Shown here: in pieces, positions 51,230 to 64,000 of the stretch
Numbering within the stretch: the stretch's first letter is position 1
How the letters are laid out: every line of letters begins with the position of its first letter
Source: Gnetum montanum
Lineage: Eukaryota > Plantae > Gnetophyta
Assembly: GCA_015680685.1 (NCBI GenBank)
Contig: MNCI01000614.1
Location: forward strand, 660,248 to 724,247
Direction of reading: 5' to 3'
DNA length: 64,000 bases
Translations under genes and position numbers: made by a program
The notes under the pieces: generated by a model
Told to the model about the DNA's origin: nothing
The model's database searches: none
What the model saw: only the letters and a program-made list of their open reading frames with translations

Positions 51230-54200
51230 TCATGGAATTTAAATAGGCTATTTCATGTGATGATTAATGCATCAAATTATGCTTTGGGGGTAGTGGTTAC
51301 AAAGTTGGATGATCAAAAATGTCCATATTACATTCACTACACAAGTTGGAGTATCGTAGATGCATAGTTAAAGTACATCACTATGAAAAAAGAGTTGATG
51401 GTGGTGGTGTTTACCTTAGAAAATTTCAAGTACTATGTGATTGGTTATAAAGTGTTCATGCACACAAATCATAGCGCCATCTAGATTTTAATGAATAAAC
51501 CAACGGTGAGCCCCCATGTCATATGATGGCTCCTAATTTTGTAAGAGTTCAATCTCACAATGGTAGATCAAAAGGATGTGAAAAATGTGGTTGTCGACCA
51601 CTTATCACAGCTAAGATGAGATGACAACGATAAAGAAAGCCCCTTGTTTGATTAATTTCTTGATGAATATCTCTTTGCAAGGGCTACTAATACACAAATA
51701 CCTAATGAACTAAGATGGTATGAAACCACTCTTAGTTATTTTCTTAAGAAAGAATTGTTGCAAGGGCTAGACACCTGGAAAAAATAATAGATTCTTCACC
51801 AAGTTAAGCATTTCATGGAAATCAATGGGAAACTTTACAAAGTATGTCCCGATGACCTGGTATGTTAGCATGTCCCTGACACTAATCAACTATGTTTTCT
51901 CTAGGATGCTAATGAAGGTCCTTTTGGGGGCCATTATGCTGGGAGATGCACAACCATAAAAATCCTCATGGTAGGATATTATTGGCCAACAACCTTTATG
52001 TATGCACACTAGTTTGTCTGCACTTGTGACTATTGTCAGAGAGATGGTGGAATGATAGCTCAAATGGAGAGGCCATAGTAATGGATTCAACCTATTGAGC
52101 CATTCAATATTTGGGGAATTGACTTTATGGGTCCCATCATGCCTATGTCAAATGGAAAGGCATATATAATAGTCACAATTGACTATTGCACTAAGTGGGC
52201 AAAAGCAATAGCCATCATTGACTATACATCCACTATTGTTACTCAATTTGTACAATAGAACATTATAAATAGGTTTGGTGTGCCTTGTGCATTAATTTCT
52301 GATAATGGAACTTATTTCATAGGTGCCACTTTCCAAAAACTTATGTTGTTCTTGGGGGTTGAGCACAAACTCACAACACCTTATCACCCTCAAGCTAGTG
52401 TTCAAGCTGAAGTCACTAATCAGGATATTACAAAAATTATAACATGTACTATTAGCAAGTGCCGAAGGGACTGGAGCACCAAATTAAATGATGTCTTTTA
52501 GGCCTATCATTCCACATGAAAGCTTTTCATAGGTTATTCTTCCTATGAGCTCATGTATGGAAAAATACCAACACTACCCATTAAATTTGAGCTCCGTACA
52601 CTCTCTACAACCTGTGACCTTGACATGAATCTAAGTCTAGCACAAAAATAAAGATTAATGAATGTCAACTTGCTAGATGAAAATTGATTAATGATCCTAT
52701 CATCCAATGAAATGCATAAGGAATTCAACAAGAAATGCCATGATCTCAAAATACAAAAAGTCAAGTTTCAACCAGGAGATAAGGTTCTCTTTTAGAATCT
52801 TACACATGTACCTCAACGAACCAAGTTTCAAACATTTTGGAAAGGATGTTACATTATCAAAGAGAATTTTCCATCTAGGGCCATGATTATATATAAACCT
52901 AATAGCTTAGACAAGAAGAAATTAGTCAACATCCAACAACTAAAACCTTTCCATGAGCCCAAGCCAACCAACTCAACAAATACCTTGCTAGATGGATAAC
53001 CATGATCAATCTTTTGGATCTCCTCCTTCCAACTTAGTCATGGGGGAGATGGCCATCCATACTAACACTTTAAGTGGATGCTTAGTCTTTCAAATTTTTG
53101 TTTTACACATTTTTTGGTTTTACATCTTTTTGTTTTCATATTCTTTGTTTTACATCTTTTTGTTTTTCAGGTTAATGAAATTTTCTAAGTTTTTGGTTTA
53201 CATCATCGTTAGTATATTTAATATTCTTTGAGTACTCTTTTACTTTATTTTATATTTTCTTATATTTGGTGTAATCCTCTACTCTTTTTGCTAATAAGAT
53301 GCTAGGTACCATGGTAATGTGCTACTCAATGATGGTATGTATTAATTATGATTTGATTGTTGATGTCTATTTTTTGACTTTGAATGTCTTTACTGACAAC
53401 TAGGACATGATCTATTTTCATGTAATAGGTAGTGAGTCCACATCATCCACCCATCCACATTCTCTATGGTTTTCCTTATTTTGAAAACGTGCAGTTCCTT
53501 TTTCATTAATACAACCTTAATAAATTTGTGACTTGTGTAGTTTCTTGAATTGAGAAGGAATCAAAGGTTCAGATAGGATGTGGCATCAACGGGATGTGGT
53601 ATTCTTCATATTTTTCCATTTTCCTATGTGCAGGGATTTTCTTGTGAACCTCTCACCATTCTATGTCATTTCACAACAAGAAGTCAAATAAGTCCTTGCA
53701 TGGTGTAGTCCTCATCCTTAAGAAAAAAAGGAGATGAGAATTCAAAGTACACCCCTTGGATAAAATAAATGTGGAAACACATGGGTCTTTGCATGGTGTG
53801 GTTCCCCTTCAAAAATAATAATAATAAATATGAGAATTCAAAGCACACCCCTTAGACCTTGTCTTGTCTTGTCTCCTCTAACTAAGAGCCTTTCTTACTT
53901 CCTACTTCTTCTCCAATTTGGAATGGTGGTTGTTTTGTGGAAGCATTCTTGTGTCTCAATGGATGGACAAGTTTTAGAATGTTCATGTGAAATCACTAAA
54001 AGTGGTTACTTTTGGTCTGGACTACGGATTGATCCTATCAAGTCATTTAATCACAAACTCCATAAGGGACTTCATGTGACCATAATTAGGAACTCCATTC
54101 CATTCTCTCTCTTATTCATCTATGCTTTTTATGCCTCACCTCACTGCTAGTTTCATGTTTTGATTCAATGTTCTAGTTTGATGTGTCAAGGGTTCTTAGT

Positions 54201-55892
54201 CAGTTACTTTTGGGTTTTTGTACTTAACCTTCCATAATCATTAATCATCCATGGAGCCCATGGACTCCTTAGTTTGAAGTTATGAAAAGTCATAAAAGGC
54301 CTGTGCCTTCTTTGGGGAGGACCCACTTGCATATCTTTTGGTTTGATTAAGTTAACTTTTTTAACCTTAGATATTTTTATAATCAAATTCTTTTTATTTA
54401 CCCTATCAATGCCATCCAATTGTGCACATCTTCGAAATTTATTTTAGTGAATTCTATTTGTTTTTTAGTGTTGTGAATTTCCATACCCTCTTTCCAGTAT
54501 TCCTTGTGTTAAGTTTTTTTTTTTTTGAATTTTATGAACCACTTCTCTTACTTCACCTATTTGTTAGTCTTCCCACTAACATTATCAAGCAATCAATCTA
54601 CCACAACCACAAATTAGCTAGATAAAATCACTAATGAGACAAGGTATTCAACTACTTTGTGTTACACTTTATATACTAATCCTTTATTTTGTTGTGATTG
54701 TAGTGGGGAGCATGGACTGAAAGTAAGACTATCTTCACCAAGGATGATGCAACAATATCACTCATGGGAGATTGTTCATGACTACTGGATCTCTTCTACC
54801 TCTCCCTCATTCTTCTATTCCCAAGAGGGGTTGGATGTCCATTGGATTTTAGGATGTTCTTTCCTATTGTCATGAACACCCAACCTTGTATACAATTTTA
54901 ACAATGTATGCTTAGAAAATTTTGTATTTTTCTGTTTCCTTTGTGTCACTTTGCATATCAATCAAACATTCCATACCTCCTAATATATTTTGTAAGGGAC
55001 TTGTTCCTCTTCTTATATACTTGAGGATGAGTTTTCATTCAGTTGTGGGGGTAAGATGAATCGTATTTTACATAAGCTCTGATATCGGGGTAGTTGCGAT
55101 ATCCAGTACATAATATTAGGTACGTGATATCGTGGCCCAAGATGTGACATCAGGCATGCAATATCATGGGGTACTCCTGAGCCTATAAATATAGCCCTTG
55201 GATGAAATTTTTGTAGTTTTTTCATTCGAGAGTTAGAATATTTTCCAAGTGCCACCCGCAGTAAGAGCTCTAAGTGTAATTAGATATTTATTCAAGCATT
55301 GATGTACCTGAACACACCATTGTGTTGGCAATAAAGACGAGCTCCTTGATTCATCCTTGTAGCACTTGAGACTTTCTTTCTTTATGCATTTATACATTGT
55401 GATTTCATGCAATTCACATTTAATGTTATTCATTAAGTAATTAATTTTTATTAATTAAGCAACTAATTAAAATACACAAGCACAACCCCTTTGAACATAT
55501 GTGTGACACTTAGTAGCTCAGAAATGGTTAGCGTTTAACAACCCACCAATGTTTACATGAAGTTTAGGATGTTTCTAGGAAGTGGGGATAGTTACTTGTG
55601 TTAGGTTAAATTAGACAATAGTTCGCTTAGCATTCAATTACTCTCACTTTCATTATTTTTTTTAGATGATCAAATTGATAAAACATAAAATCATAAAAAT
55701 CTTATGCCTTAGTTACACTTAACCATACACTTGCATTTTACAAGTGAGATTAGGAAGACAACGAATGGACAACACAAACTCACTATTTAGCTCTAGCGCA
55801 CTTGGTAACTAAAGTCTACAGAATTCAACTAGATCGCACGTGAACACCTATGATTTGTATGGTTGGGCATAGGGGTACCTTACTGCTCATCA
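51230..55892 (+). mobile_element. Athila-type element 'Z', 3' half: RNase H, integrase, 3' non-coding region, PPT, 3' LTR; related to A and X
   Basis: KKELMVVVFTLEKFQ; PFNIWGIDFMGP; FGVPCALISDNG; TTPYHPQASVQAEVTN; PPT TGTGGGGGTA; LTR ends GCTCATCA at 55892. Confidence 0.88.
55054..55892 (+). repeat. 3' LTR of Z
   Basis: Reverse-complement homology to 5795-6497 and 31707-32563; CCTATAAATA at ~55183. Confidence 0.85.
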
Positions 55893-56035
55893 ATGAGTTT
55901 CTATTTTACAATCTATAGCTTGTGTTTTTTACAAAATCATGTCTAATTATCTAACATACCATATAGAAGAAGGTATTAGAAAGTAAAATTTTTTTCTTTC
56001 TAACATATTAGAGTCAAATTAGTACTTTCTAACAA

Positions 56036-56146
56036 TCAGGCATTAGCCTAGTGGTACAGGTCTTGGCCTAGTAACCCTATGTCATAGGTTCAATTCTACT
56101 AGGATGGCATTAAGTTATAAACTTCTATAGATAAAAGAAAAAAAAG
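56036..56146 (+). mobile_element. tRNA-derived SINE-like relic
   Basis: Pol III A box TAGCCTAGTGG (56044-56054), B box GGTTCAATTCT (56087-56097), A-rich tail 56131-56146. Confidence 0.6.
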
Positions 56147-56399
56147 AACTTTATTGATAAGATTCGTGATTTGAAAGCTCCAAGTTATTTATTCAATTTA
56201 GGTGTACAATGTTAAACTATAAAGTTCAAATTTGGGGGTGTTGGAACCCTAAAATAATTGTAATAAGTACATATCAAGATACATAGTCCATTGAACTCCT
56301 TGCTTTTGGTAGATTAAAAAACTAATTTTTTCTATAGTTATAGTCCCTAGCATTGCTCTTTCATCTTGCATCTATAAGTTTTAGATTTATTTTATTATT

Positions 56400-59300
56400 T
56401 TTAATTGCAATGCATATTGATTTAGCTATTTCCTACAACTACAATGTAAAAAATTTTCTACATTTTGCTACACATGTTAAAGCATAATTTCAATTTTCCT
56501 AACATAGTTAAATATCAAAAAATTTTAAATTTTAATTTTTCATTGTAGTTGCACTTAATACATTAGAGTTTTACAAGTTGGAATTCTAATACTTTGACAC
56601 TTTTTACAAGTTATAACTCACATAAGTTAACTTATATGTTGGATTTCTCACTTCCATAAGTTAAGTTATAGTTTAGATTTCTCACAAGTTGAGATTTCCA
56701 TAAGTTAGCTTATACATTGGAATTTTTACAAGTTGAGATTTCTTAAAAGTCAATATTTCTACAAGTTATACATTGGAAATTTAAGCAAATTTTCTTCTAA
56801 AAGAAAGATATCATAAGAAGTCTACATTTCCACTTGAAATTCATATATAAGAAATTATTTTTGAACATGCTCTAAGTTTTTCCAATTATGTGTGGAAAGA
56901 GAAGTTCCCCAAGCAACACATCCATATAATAATACAAGTTGGACAAGACTTTGAAAAAGTTTCATTTTGATTTCCCATGCCAAAATTTGTTTCATGCTAT
57001 AATTATTTCTTAGAGAAAATAGAGCTTGCATGTCACTTAAAACCATTTAAGCAATAAGGGTACTCTACTTATAATTACTAGCAAATTCAATTCCCATATA
57101 TTTAAAAGATTCACATATATCAAGCCATTTTCTCTAAGGAAAATATTATAATTTCTATTTCTAATACCACAAACTAGAATTTTAGTCTTATCAATATTAA
57201 CTTTCATACCTAAATGGTNNNNNNNNNNNNNNNNNNNNNNNNNNNNNNNNNNNNNNNNNNNNNNNNNNNNNNNNNNNNNNNNNNNNNNNNNNNNNNNNNN
57301 NNNNNNTAAGATTATCTTCAATAAGAATGTTAACCATCTTATAGATTCTTTAAGTAGTAGAAAAGAGATCTAGTGGAATATTAACAATATCCAATCTCTT
57401 CCAAATTTTATCTACAGTCACAAAATCATAAGCCTTAGAGAAATCAACAAAGAAAATGAAGATTGTACGATTGGGCTTTTTTGCTTTCTCTACACATTAC
57501 TATAAAGTTATTAGATGGTCTATAGTAGAATGATTCCTTTTGAAGCATGATTATGACTGAGCATGAAGACCTTTCATTTCTATCCATGAACTAATTTTAT
57601 TTTCCAAAATAGTACCCAAAAGATTAATGAAAATTGAGTTAATTGCAATCATTCTATAATTATTAAGATCTATCCTATCTTCTTTTTTGAAAAGAAAGAC
57701 TACTAGACTAGAACACTAAGAACGATCCGAATCATGTAGAAGCCCTTTATTAAGAAGAGTGCAAGTTGCTTTTCACACCAATGAACCACCCAATTTAAGA
57801 AGCTTTGCATATAATTCATTAACATCAACACCTTTCCTAGAAGATAATCTTTGAATTCCTATATAAATGTCATCAAGGAAAAACTCAAGAACACTAGAGT
57901 TGTCTTGCATAGTTTGGGAAGCCTCTTGATAGAAAAGTTCATTGAAGAAAGTTTGAATAGTAGACAAGAAAAAATCCCAACCATGTTTCTATCTATCTTA
58001 GAATAAATTCCAAAAGCTCTTTGGATTTGAGTGAAGCTCAAGAATCATTTTTTCCTGGTCTTCTTTAATGAACTTCATTTTTTGATCAAACAAATAACCT
58101 TTCTATAATTCTTTAGCATTGAAACATCAAAACATGAAACTATAACATCTCTACATGCTATCAAACAATCCACATCAAATCAAGGTTTTCTACAAGTAGG
58201 CTTCTTCTTAATATGCACTTGAGTAGTTGTAGACAAAAGAACATTAGTCAAATCTACCTCATTGTCACTATTGACCAAAATATTAAGCACTCTTGTTTGA
58301 AAATCCTAATGAAAGTCTTCTGGGAAATGACAAATTCTACATTTCTTAGAATGAATATATCAAATTGAAGAAAGAATAATGAATTTTAGGTAATGATGAG
58401 AAGATGCTAGAAATTTTCACCCACTTGAAAGTTTTTCACTACGTCTATATTATCATGAGTAAACAAGAAAATATCAATGCAAAAGTTACCTTATTATCAA
58501 ATAAAAGTGAAATGAGAAGAGGAAGGAAATTTCTTGATGCCATTAAGGATTAAAAAATTAAAGGAACAACCTAACTCTAAGAAATAAATACCTCAATGAT
58601 TTATACTATAATTAGTAGATAATCTTTTGTAAACTAAATAAATCTCTTCACTAAATTTTAAGTAAGAATTCCAATTAAGCATTTGAATCTAACTTTTTCT
58701 AATACAAGAATTAAAATTCCCACAAATGAAAACTTTACCAAGCTTGGAGAATTTTGCAACATCTTGACCCAAGTACTGAAAAGGATGCTCTCATGAAAGA
58801 TTAGCAAAATTGTAGATAGAAGAATCCCTTGAAGCAAAATAACAAAAAGTAATATAAAGAACCTCTAAAATTCCTTGAACTTGAACCCAAAAATATTGGT
58901 TATTATCATCAACTTTGTGCACCTTAATGAACTAATCTCTAGAATTCTTAATTAAATAAGCAATGCCACCCAAAGGTCTATCCATAACCTTGGAACAATT
59001 ATTTCTAATAGAAATGATATGAAATCCTTGAATAGACACAATCAAAGAATTTTATTCTTCCCAAGTTTCAACAAAAAGAAAATAGATCAAAATAACTAAA
59101 GAAATGACTAGTATCTAAAGCAACAACTTTATTAGCCAATAAGCCTTCAACATTAAGAAAGTCACATGTAATAGAATAAAAGTCCTATTTTGGGGGACTT
59201 TCCCTCTCTTTGATTATTATAACATATTTATAGTTTAAATAAGAAAATTTACCTTCAACATGAGCTTGTTTTACATTTTACCATTATTCCTACTTTTTTT

Positions 59301-60150
59301 CATACTCTTTTTTTGCCAAGTCTTCACTAATCCAAATGTTTTGTCCTTTCAAGATACTTATGTTATTTCAAACCTTATCTCTTCCACACCAATCAATAAA
59401 CTTAACAATAATCTATTGAGGTTTATCCACCTTAGGACCAAGTCTATTTGCACTAATTATTGGGGTGGAAGAAATGTGCTTTTTTTTCATAAATAAATCT
59501 GGCATGACCTACAAAAGATCCTTATCCTATTCTTTAAGAATTTTCATAGCTCAAAGATTCTAAATTTTGTTATGGATTTTTCATATTCACATGTTTTCTT
59601 AGTAATTACTTTTAAGCCTGAGTAATCAATTGTTATTTTTAACTCAAGAGAATCCAACTTTGACTACAAAGTATCCATATTTGTCTAAACTTGAGTTGCT
59701 TCAACATTTGATAATGAATCTTTCAATTCTATAGTGGTTGGAATGGTTTGTAACTTTTTAACCATGACTTCAACCATGGATTCCAATTACACAATCCTAA
59801 ATGCCATGAAGTTTAATATTGCAACCACGTTATCCCATCCTAGTGAGAACTCATAAATCTTATCATTGAAACCCTACTTTTGTAATTCCCAAAACTACTT
59901 GAAATGGAATATGTTGCTTTCTTGGGCTTGATATACAAAACTACAAATCCCAAATCACTAAAATATTAAAAGTCCAAATTAGATCTACAATCCATGAAAT
60001 TACAAAATCACCAAATTTCCAAAACGCTGAATCCCAAATCATTGAAACAAATATTACAAGGTTGTTCAAATTCTTCTTATTGACTTTCTTTTCTACCAAA
60101 AATGAAGAATATATTTTCACTTTGATGGGTACAAAAAGACTACACATGAA
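56400..60150 (-). mobile_element. Degenerate non-L1 LINE (RTE/RTEX/L2-like): APE endonuclease and RT, with possible ORF1 upstream
   Basis: EN FLNVEGLL...FVETWEE...RPLGGIAYLIK, ICGNFNS; RT IQRLSSRKGVDVNELYAKLLK, FFVDFSKAYD, LGMKVNIDKTKILV; C-terminal KMKLFQSLVQLVLLYGCVAWG; degenerate tandem repeats at ~56570-56790. Confidence 0.75.
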
Positions 60151-60264
60151 TATATTAAGTTTTTCTAAATCATCTTTTGGCTATATATCTTTGGATGTGC
60201 CTATAGTCAAATTGTTTTAAGTTCTCAGTTATGATTTAAAACTTCCAAGTCAAATTGTGTCTTT

Positions 60265-60358
60265 GGAGGTATTATCCTAGTGGTAAGACTCTTGATTTGA
60301 AAGTTACAAGTCATGGCTTCAATCCTAGTTGGTAATGCTAATTTATAAAGTTCTATAT
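60265..60358 (+). mobile_element. Second tRNA-derived SINE-like relic
   Basis: A box TATCCTAGTGG, B box GCTTCAATCCT; shares the downstream TTATAAA.TTCTATA with the 56036 copy. Confidence 0.5.
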
Positions 60359-61180
60359 CTTGGGGTGCACCTCTATTACAATTATTTTAGGTTCTAACAA
60401 CACCCCTTGCACATGCATCCTTTCTTCCCCTCCCTCAACAACATCAAAATTATTTTAAGTTTTGATTCTCTCCCCTAAAAAATTATGTTATATATTTAAA
60501 ATTAATTTCTTATTTTTTCCTACAACTAACCATTTTTTCTCAAACTAACTACTACTTGTTATATCTTAACTAGTCATTAACTATATACTATGTATTCTTT
60601 CTTTAATCTAATGTTAGTCCTTCTCCAAGCTCATCCTTGATCACCTCTAAAGTGTCTTGCTAAATTTACATATAAATAGATGTAGGAATGATTAGAATAC
60701 CTTCATGATAGATGAAATCCATTTTGAAAGTTTTTGAATAATAACTAGAAGATGAGGCTAACACTATAGACTATACTATTAGAACAAACAAAAATTATCA
60801 ATTAACATAACCTTTAATTAATACAATTAACATTAATATTAATACCTTCCATTAACCCATAATTTATCCTAGGTTCTCGTGATATTCTTATGAGGTTTCC
60901 AATATCAAACATTTAGATAACTATAAGACTAATACTAACTTAACTAGCTATCAAGGACTATTTGGTATGATAGCTCACCTATCTAGGTAAATCCTTATGT
61001 TTGACAATGTCTAACTATTGAGTGAGAAATCTTCATGTATGTCAAATAACTAACTATTGGGTTATGTTATGGTTAGTATCAACCCTATAGTTACCTTAGG
61101 CGCTAACTCCTCACTAACATCCTAGATAATACCTATTACCAACTAAATTAATCCCTAGATTGATGGGTTAACTCCAAAGC

Positions 61181-62067
61181 TAATGAACAAGTATACCCTA
61201 CACCCAATCATACAATCAAGCATGTACTAGTGATCTAGTTGAATTTTGTGGACTTAGTTCCTAATTTCACCCATAGTCAAAGACTGTGAACCAAAGGATC
61301 ATGTGATCATTATCTTCCAAACTCACACTTTTGTATGCTTTTCATATGGTTAAATATGAGTTAAGTTATATGATATTTTTTCTATTTATATTTTTATATT
61401 TTTTATCTTAAGTTCTATGTGGAAAGATGAATATTTAATGACTAGCTATTTTAACTACCTAACTTATTCTAAGGGCTAACTACCCTAACATAAGTAGTTG
61501 TACCCACTTACCATACACATACTGAATTAGTATTAATGCTACTAGGTTACCAAGTGATGATTACTGAGTGTACCAAATGACCACTGTTGGGATTACCAAG
61601 CATTATATGTTATGCTCAAAGCATCCATACTTATATGTTCATGATTAATTATGTTAATTACTATGATTTAGAATGTAAAATGCATTTAAAGTAAAGTGTT
61701 GGTAAGAAATATTAAACTAATCCAAGTACTACAATTAATTCTAGAAGTCTTGACTTCATTACTGTTCATGCCAATGCATTTAGATACTTTGTGCTCGAAT
61801 AAAGTTCCATATAATCTCTTTCATTCACATTGTGGATACTTAGAAGAAAATATTTTTAACCCTAGAAATAAAAAACTACAAGGGCTTTGCTATGTTATTG
61901 ATACAAGGTGCCATAAATGTGGTTGGTACACATATTTATATAAGCTTGACTACATCAGTGTTGATACATGTCACCATGCGTCGACAGGGATACATCAATG
62001 CAGCTATGTCGATGAAGATGTGTTGATGCATGTCTGTTAATGCAAACTATTTATTGAAACTTCATCA
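61181..62067 (-). repeat. 3' LTR of a further Athila-type element 'W', a diverged relative of A/X/Z
   Basis: TAATGAACAAGTATACCC...CATCA; shared LTR blocks (GGTTACCAAG, GATTACCAAGCAT, GCTCGAATAAAG); followed by AAAACTCATCCT as in X next to its PPT. Confidence 0.75.
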
Positions 62068-62299
62068 TGCCTCCATGAGTGATTGAAAACTCATCCTTTA
62101 GGAAAAAAAAGTAGGATTGAGATTTTTACAAAAATTAAGAAAGTATGGAATTTATTAACTTAAAAATAATAGACTAATTGATTGACTAAATTTTAGTTCC
62201 AAACTATACAAAATTAAAAATTGATGTCCATAACAACAAAATTGGATACTCTTACAAAAAATTCAATAGGTTTCCTTGAGCTTTTGAAGAGAAGGCAAA

Positions 62300-64000
62300 T
62301 TTTCAAACAATGCCTGGATGTGAATGCTCCAATGGTGTTGAAGCTCCTTCACTAGGTTTTGGTGCTTGTGGCAATGACGTAGCTGAGGCTATCTTGGTGC
62401 TACTACCACTACTAGTGGAAGCCTAAAATCATCCAATAATTCCTTCATCTTCTCTTCATTGCCATGGGGGTCATATGTAGTCATATTAGTCCACTTGGCT
62501 TCATCAATGTGGGATGGCACAAGTATATCCCACATGCATGACATTGTAGGGAACATCTCTTTCACATTAACAAACCATGTTCTGAATTGTTTACATTTGA
62601 TGTTGAACATCTTTACTAAGTTTTGTAGCTCATGGTAGTTATTCATTCTCAAAGTAAGGTTCTCAACAATAGATTGTTGATTTCTATGAAATTCAAGTTC
62701 TATGCTAGCTATCTCTAACTACTACTTGGTTTCCTTATGTTGCATGTATTTTTCTTGTATAAGAGGTAGGAATTAGCCACCTACTTCTCTAATTCAATTT
62801 TGGATCTTCCTACTATTAGCATAGCCACATTCACATATTGAATGTTGGCAAGCTCTATATATTTTGTCATGTCCTTGATCTATAGCTCCTTCAAGTAGAT
62901 ATTGTCTTTATTATATGTGTTAAGGTCATCGAAGATTGGTTGCCACACATTGCCTCTTTGTTGGAGTTGTTGAAGGACCTCATTCATCTTCACCTTATCT
63001 AGTTGTATCTCTTTCTCAATTACTTCCTTGAGGAGTCCAACTTGGTTCCTATAATGATTCTTAACTTGTTCAAATTTTAGGGCCTCATTTTTCTAGGTTT
63101 TTGGGAAAGCTCTTTGACTACCTTCATCAAGAGATTTTTGTTTTATGTTGCCAACCTCCTTAGATCAAGGTTCACCTTGGGTAGCTATTCATGCTATTAT
63201 CAAATAAATTTGACCATTCAATCTTTCTATTGTTCGACATTTTATAGGCAATGCATGTCCTTAGTAAGAATCAAATTCTCCTTATAGACTTGTGATGAGT
63301 CCTTGTTAGTGTTAAAGACCATGGATTTTGACATGAACACATCAAAGACTACTACCTACTTTGCATTCTTAACCTCTTTGATTTTGTTTTGAAGCTATTA
63401 GAAAGCTTCATCTTAGGTGAGGTTTGAGTTGAGAATGGTGGGGTTGGAGAGACGAGCTTGCAACTCCATAACTGTGATGGCCAACTATTGGTTTTCGATG
63501 GTGGCTACCTATAGTTGGACATTAGCAATGATGATTTTACCATTCATCTCCAACAACTATAACTAGGTTGTAGTAATTTCTTCTAGAAGATTAAAAATAT
63601 TTAAAAGCAATTGCTTGGTTCCCCCAAGTCTTTCCAATACTTCTTCATGTTGGGCTGCACTTAATCAATCACTTCCTATTCTTGTAGATATTTGAATATC
63701 AACCATTGTGATAATGTCTAAGATAGATGTTTCATGAGCATTTAGGACTTCTACTACCCTATTGGCCATCACCTCTACTACTGTCTCCTATCCTCAATGC
63801 TACATCATTAGGATAGTTTCCATCTTGTCTTCCTCTAGGCACACATAGAAAGTTGCAGCATTCTTAGAAATTTTAGGGAACTCCTATTTAAGGATGGACA
63901 CTATAAATTTCCAAGTGCTTGAATTTTTTCTAACTAGTACCTAATTTCTTTGTGTGGAGAATAGCAGAACAATTTTCTCTAGCCAACTGATAGTCCTTCT
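62300..64000 (-). pseudogene. Degenerate extra ORF upstream of the 3' LTR of W (coiled-coil rich; in the env-like position)
   Basis: ORF 62389-62652 extends upstream through stops as E/K/L/Q-rich sequence; no RT or INT motifs recognised. Confidence 0.5.

Noticed and set aside
50170-51230. Possible DNA transposon or gene fragment
   Set aside because: No recognisable motifs or termini.
52992-54875. Hydrophobic ORFs as an env-like membrane protein
   Set aside because: T-rich low-complexity non-coding sequence; frames are short and not convincingly conserved as protein with element X.
56036-56110. tRNA gene
   Set aside because: A and B boxes are present but there is no convincing cloverleaf; the A-rich tail and second copy favour a SINE relic.

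Overview
Repeat-saturated, AT-rich vascular-plant genomic DNA with four N-gaps and no intact host gene. It is a nested stack of decayed retroelements: (i) a CpG-rich LTR end (1-1609) abutting the RT of an Athila-type Ty3/gypsy element (1610-6497, minus strand); (ii) an endogenous caulimovirid fragment, CP-AP-RT-RH (6654-~10075); (iii) three diverged copies of one L1-clade LINE family, at 12947-15949 (-), 16604-45871 (+, split by later insertions) and ~47560-50165 (-); (iv) an Ale-type copia and a near-complete Athila-type element Y (24239-43517, TSD GTGGG), both inserted into the large L1; (v) a pol-less Athila derivative X (25757-32563, TSD ACCAT) inserted into Y's 5' LTR; (vi) further Athila pieces, a non-L1 LINE and tRNA-derived SINE-like relics. 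Two observations stand out. First, in all three L1 copies ORF2 runs in frame past the zf-RVT motif, not into an RNase H but into a conserved ~450-500 aa extension. This extension resembles the 'putative plant transposon protein'/extra-ORF domain of LTR retrotransposons, followed by a coiled coil and a conserved C-terminal block, all inside the poly(A)/TSD boundaries. Second, both LTRs of element Y carry a mosaic of captured host gene fragments (ACC synthase, dirigent protein, ricin-B-like lectin). All protein assignments are from manual translation and motif recognition, not database searches.
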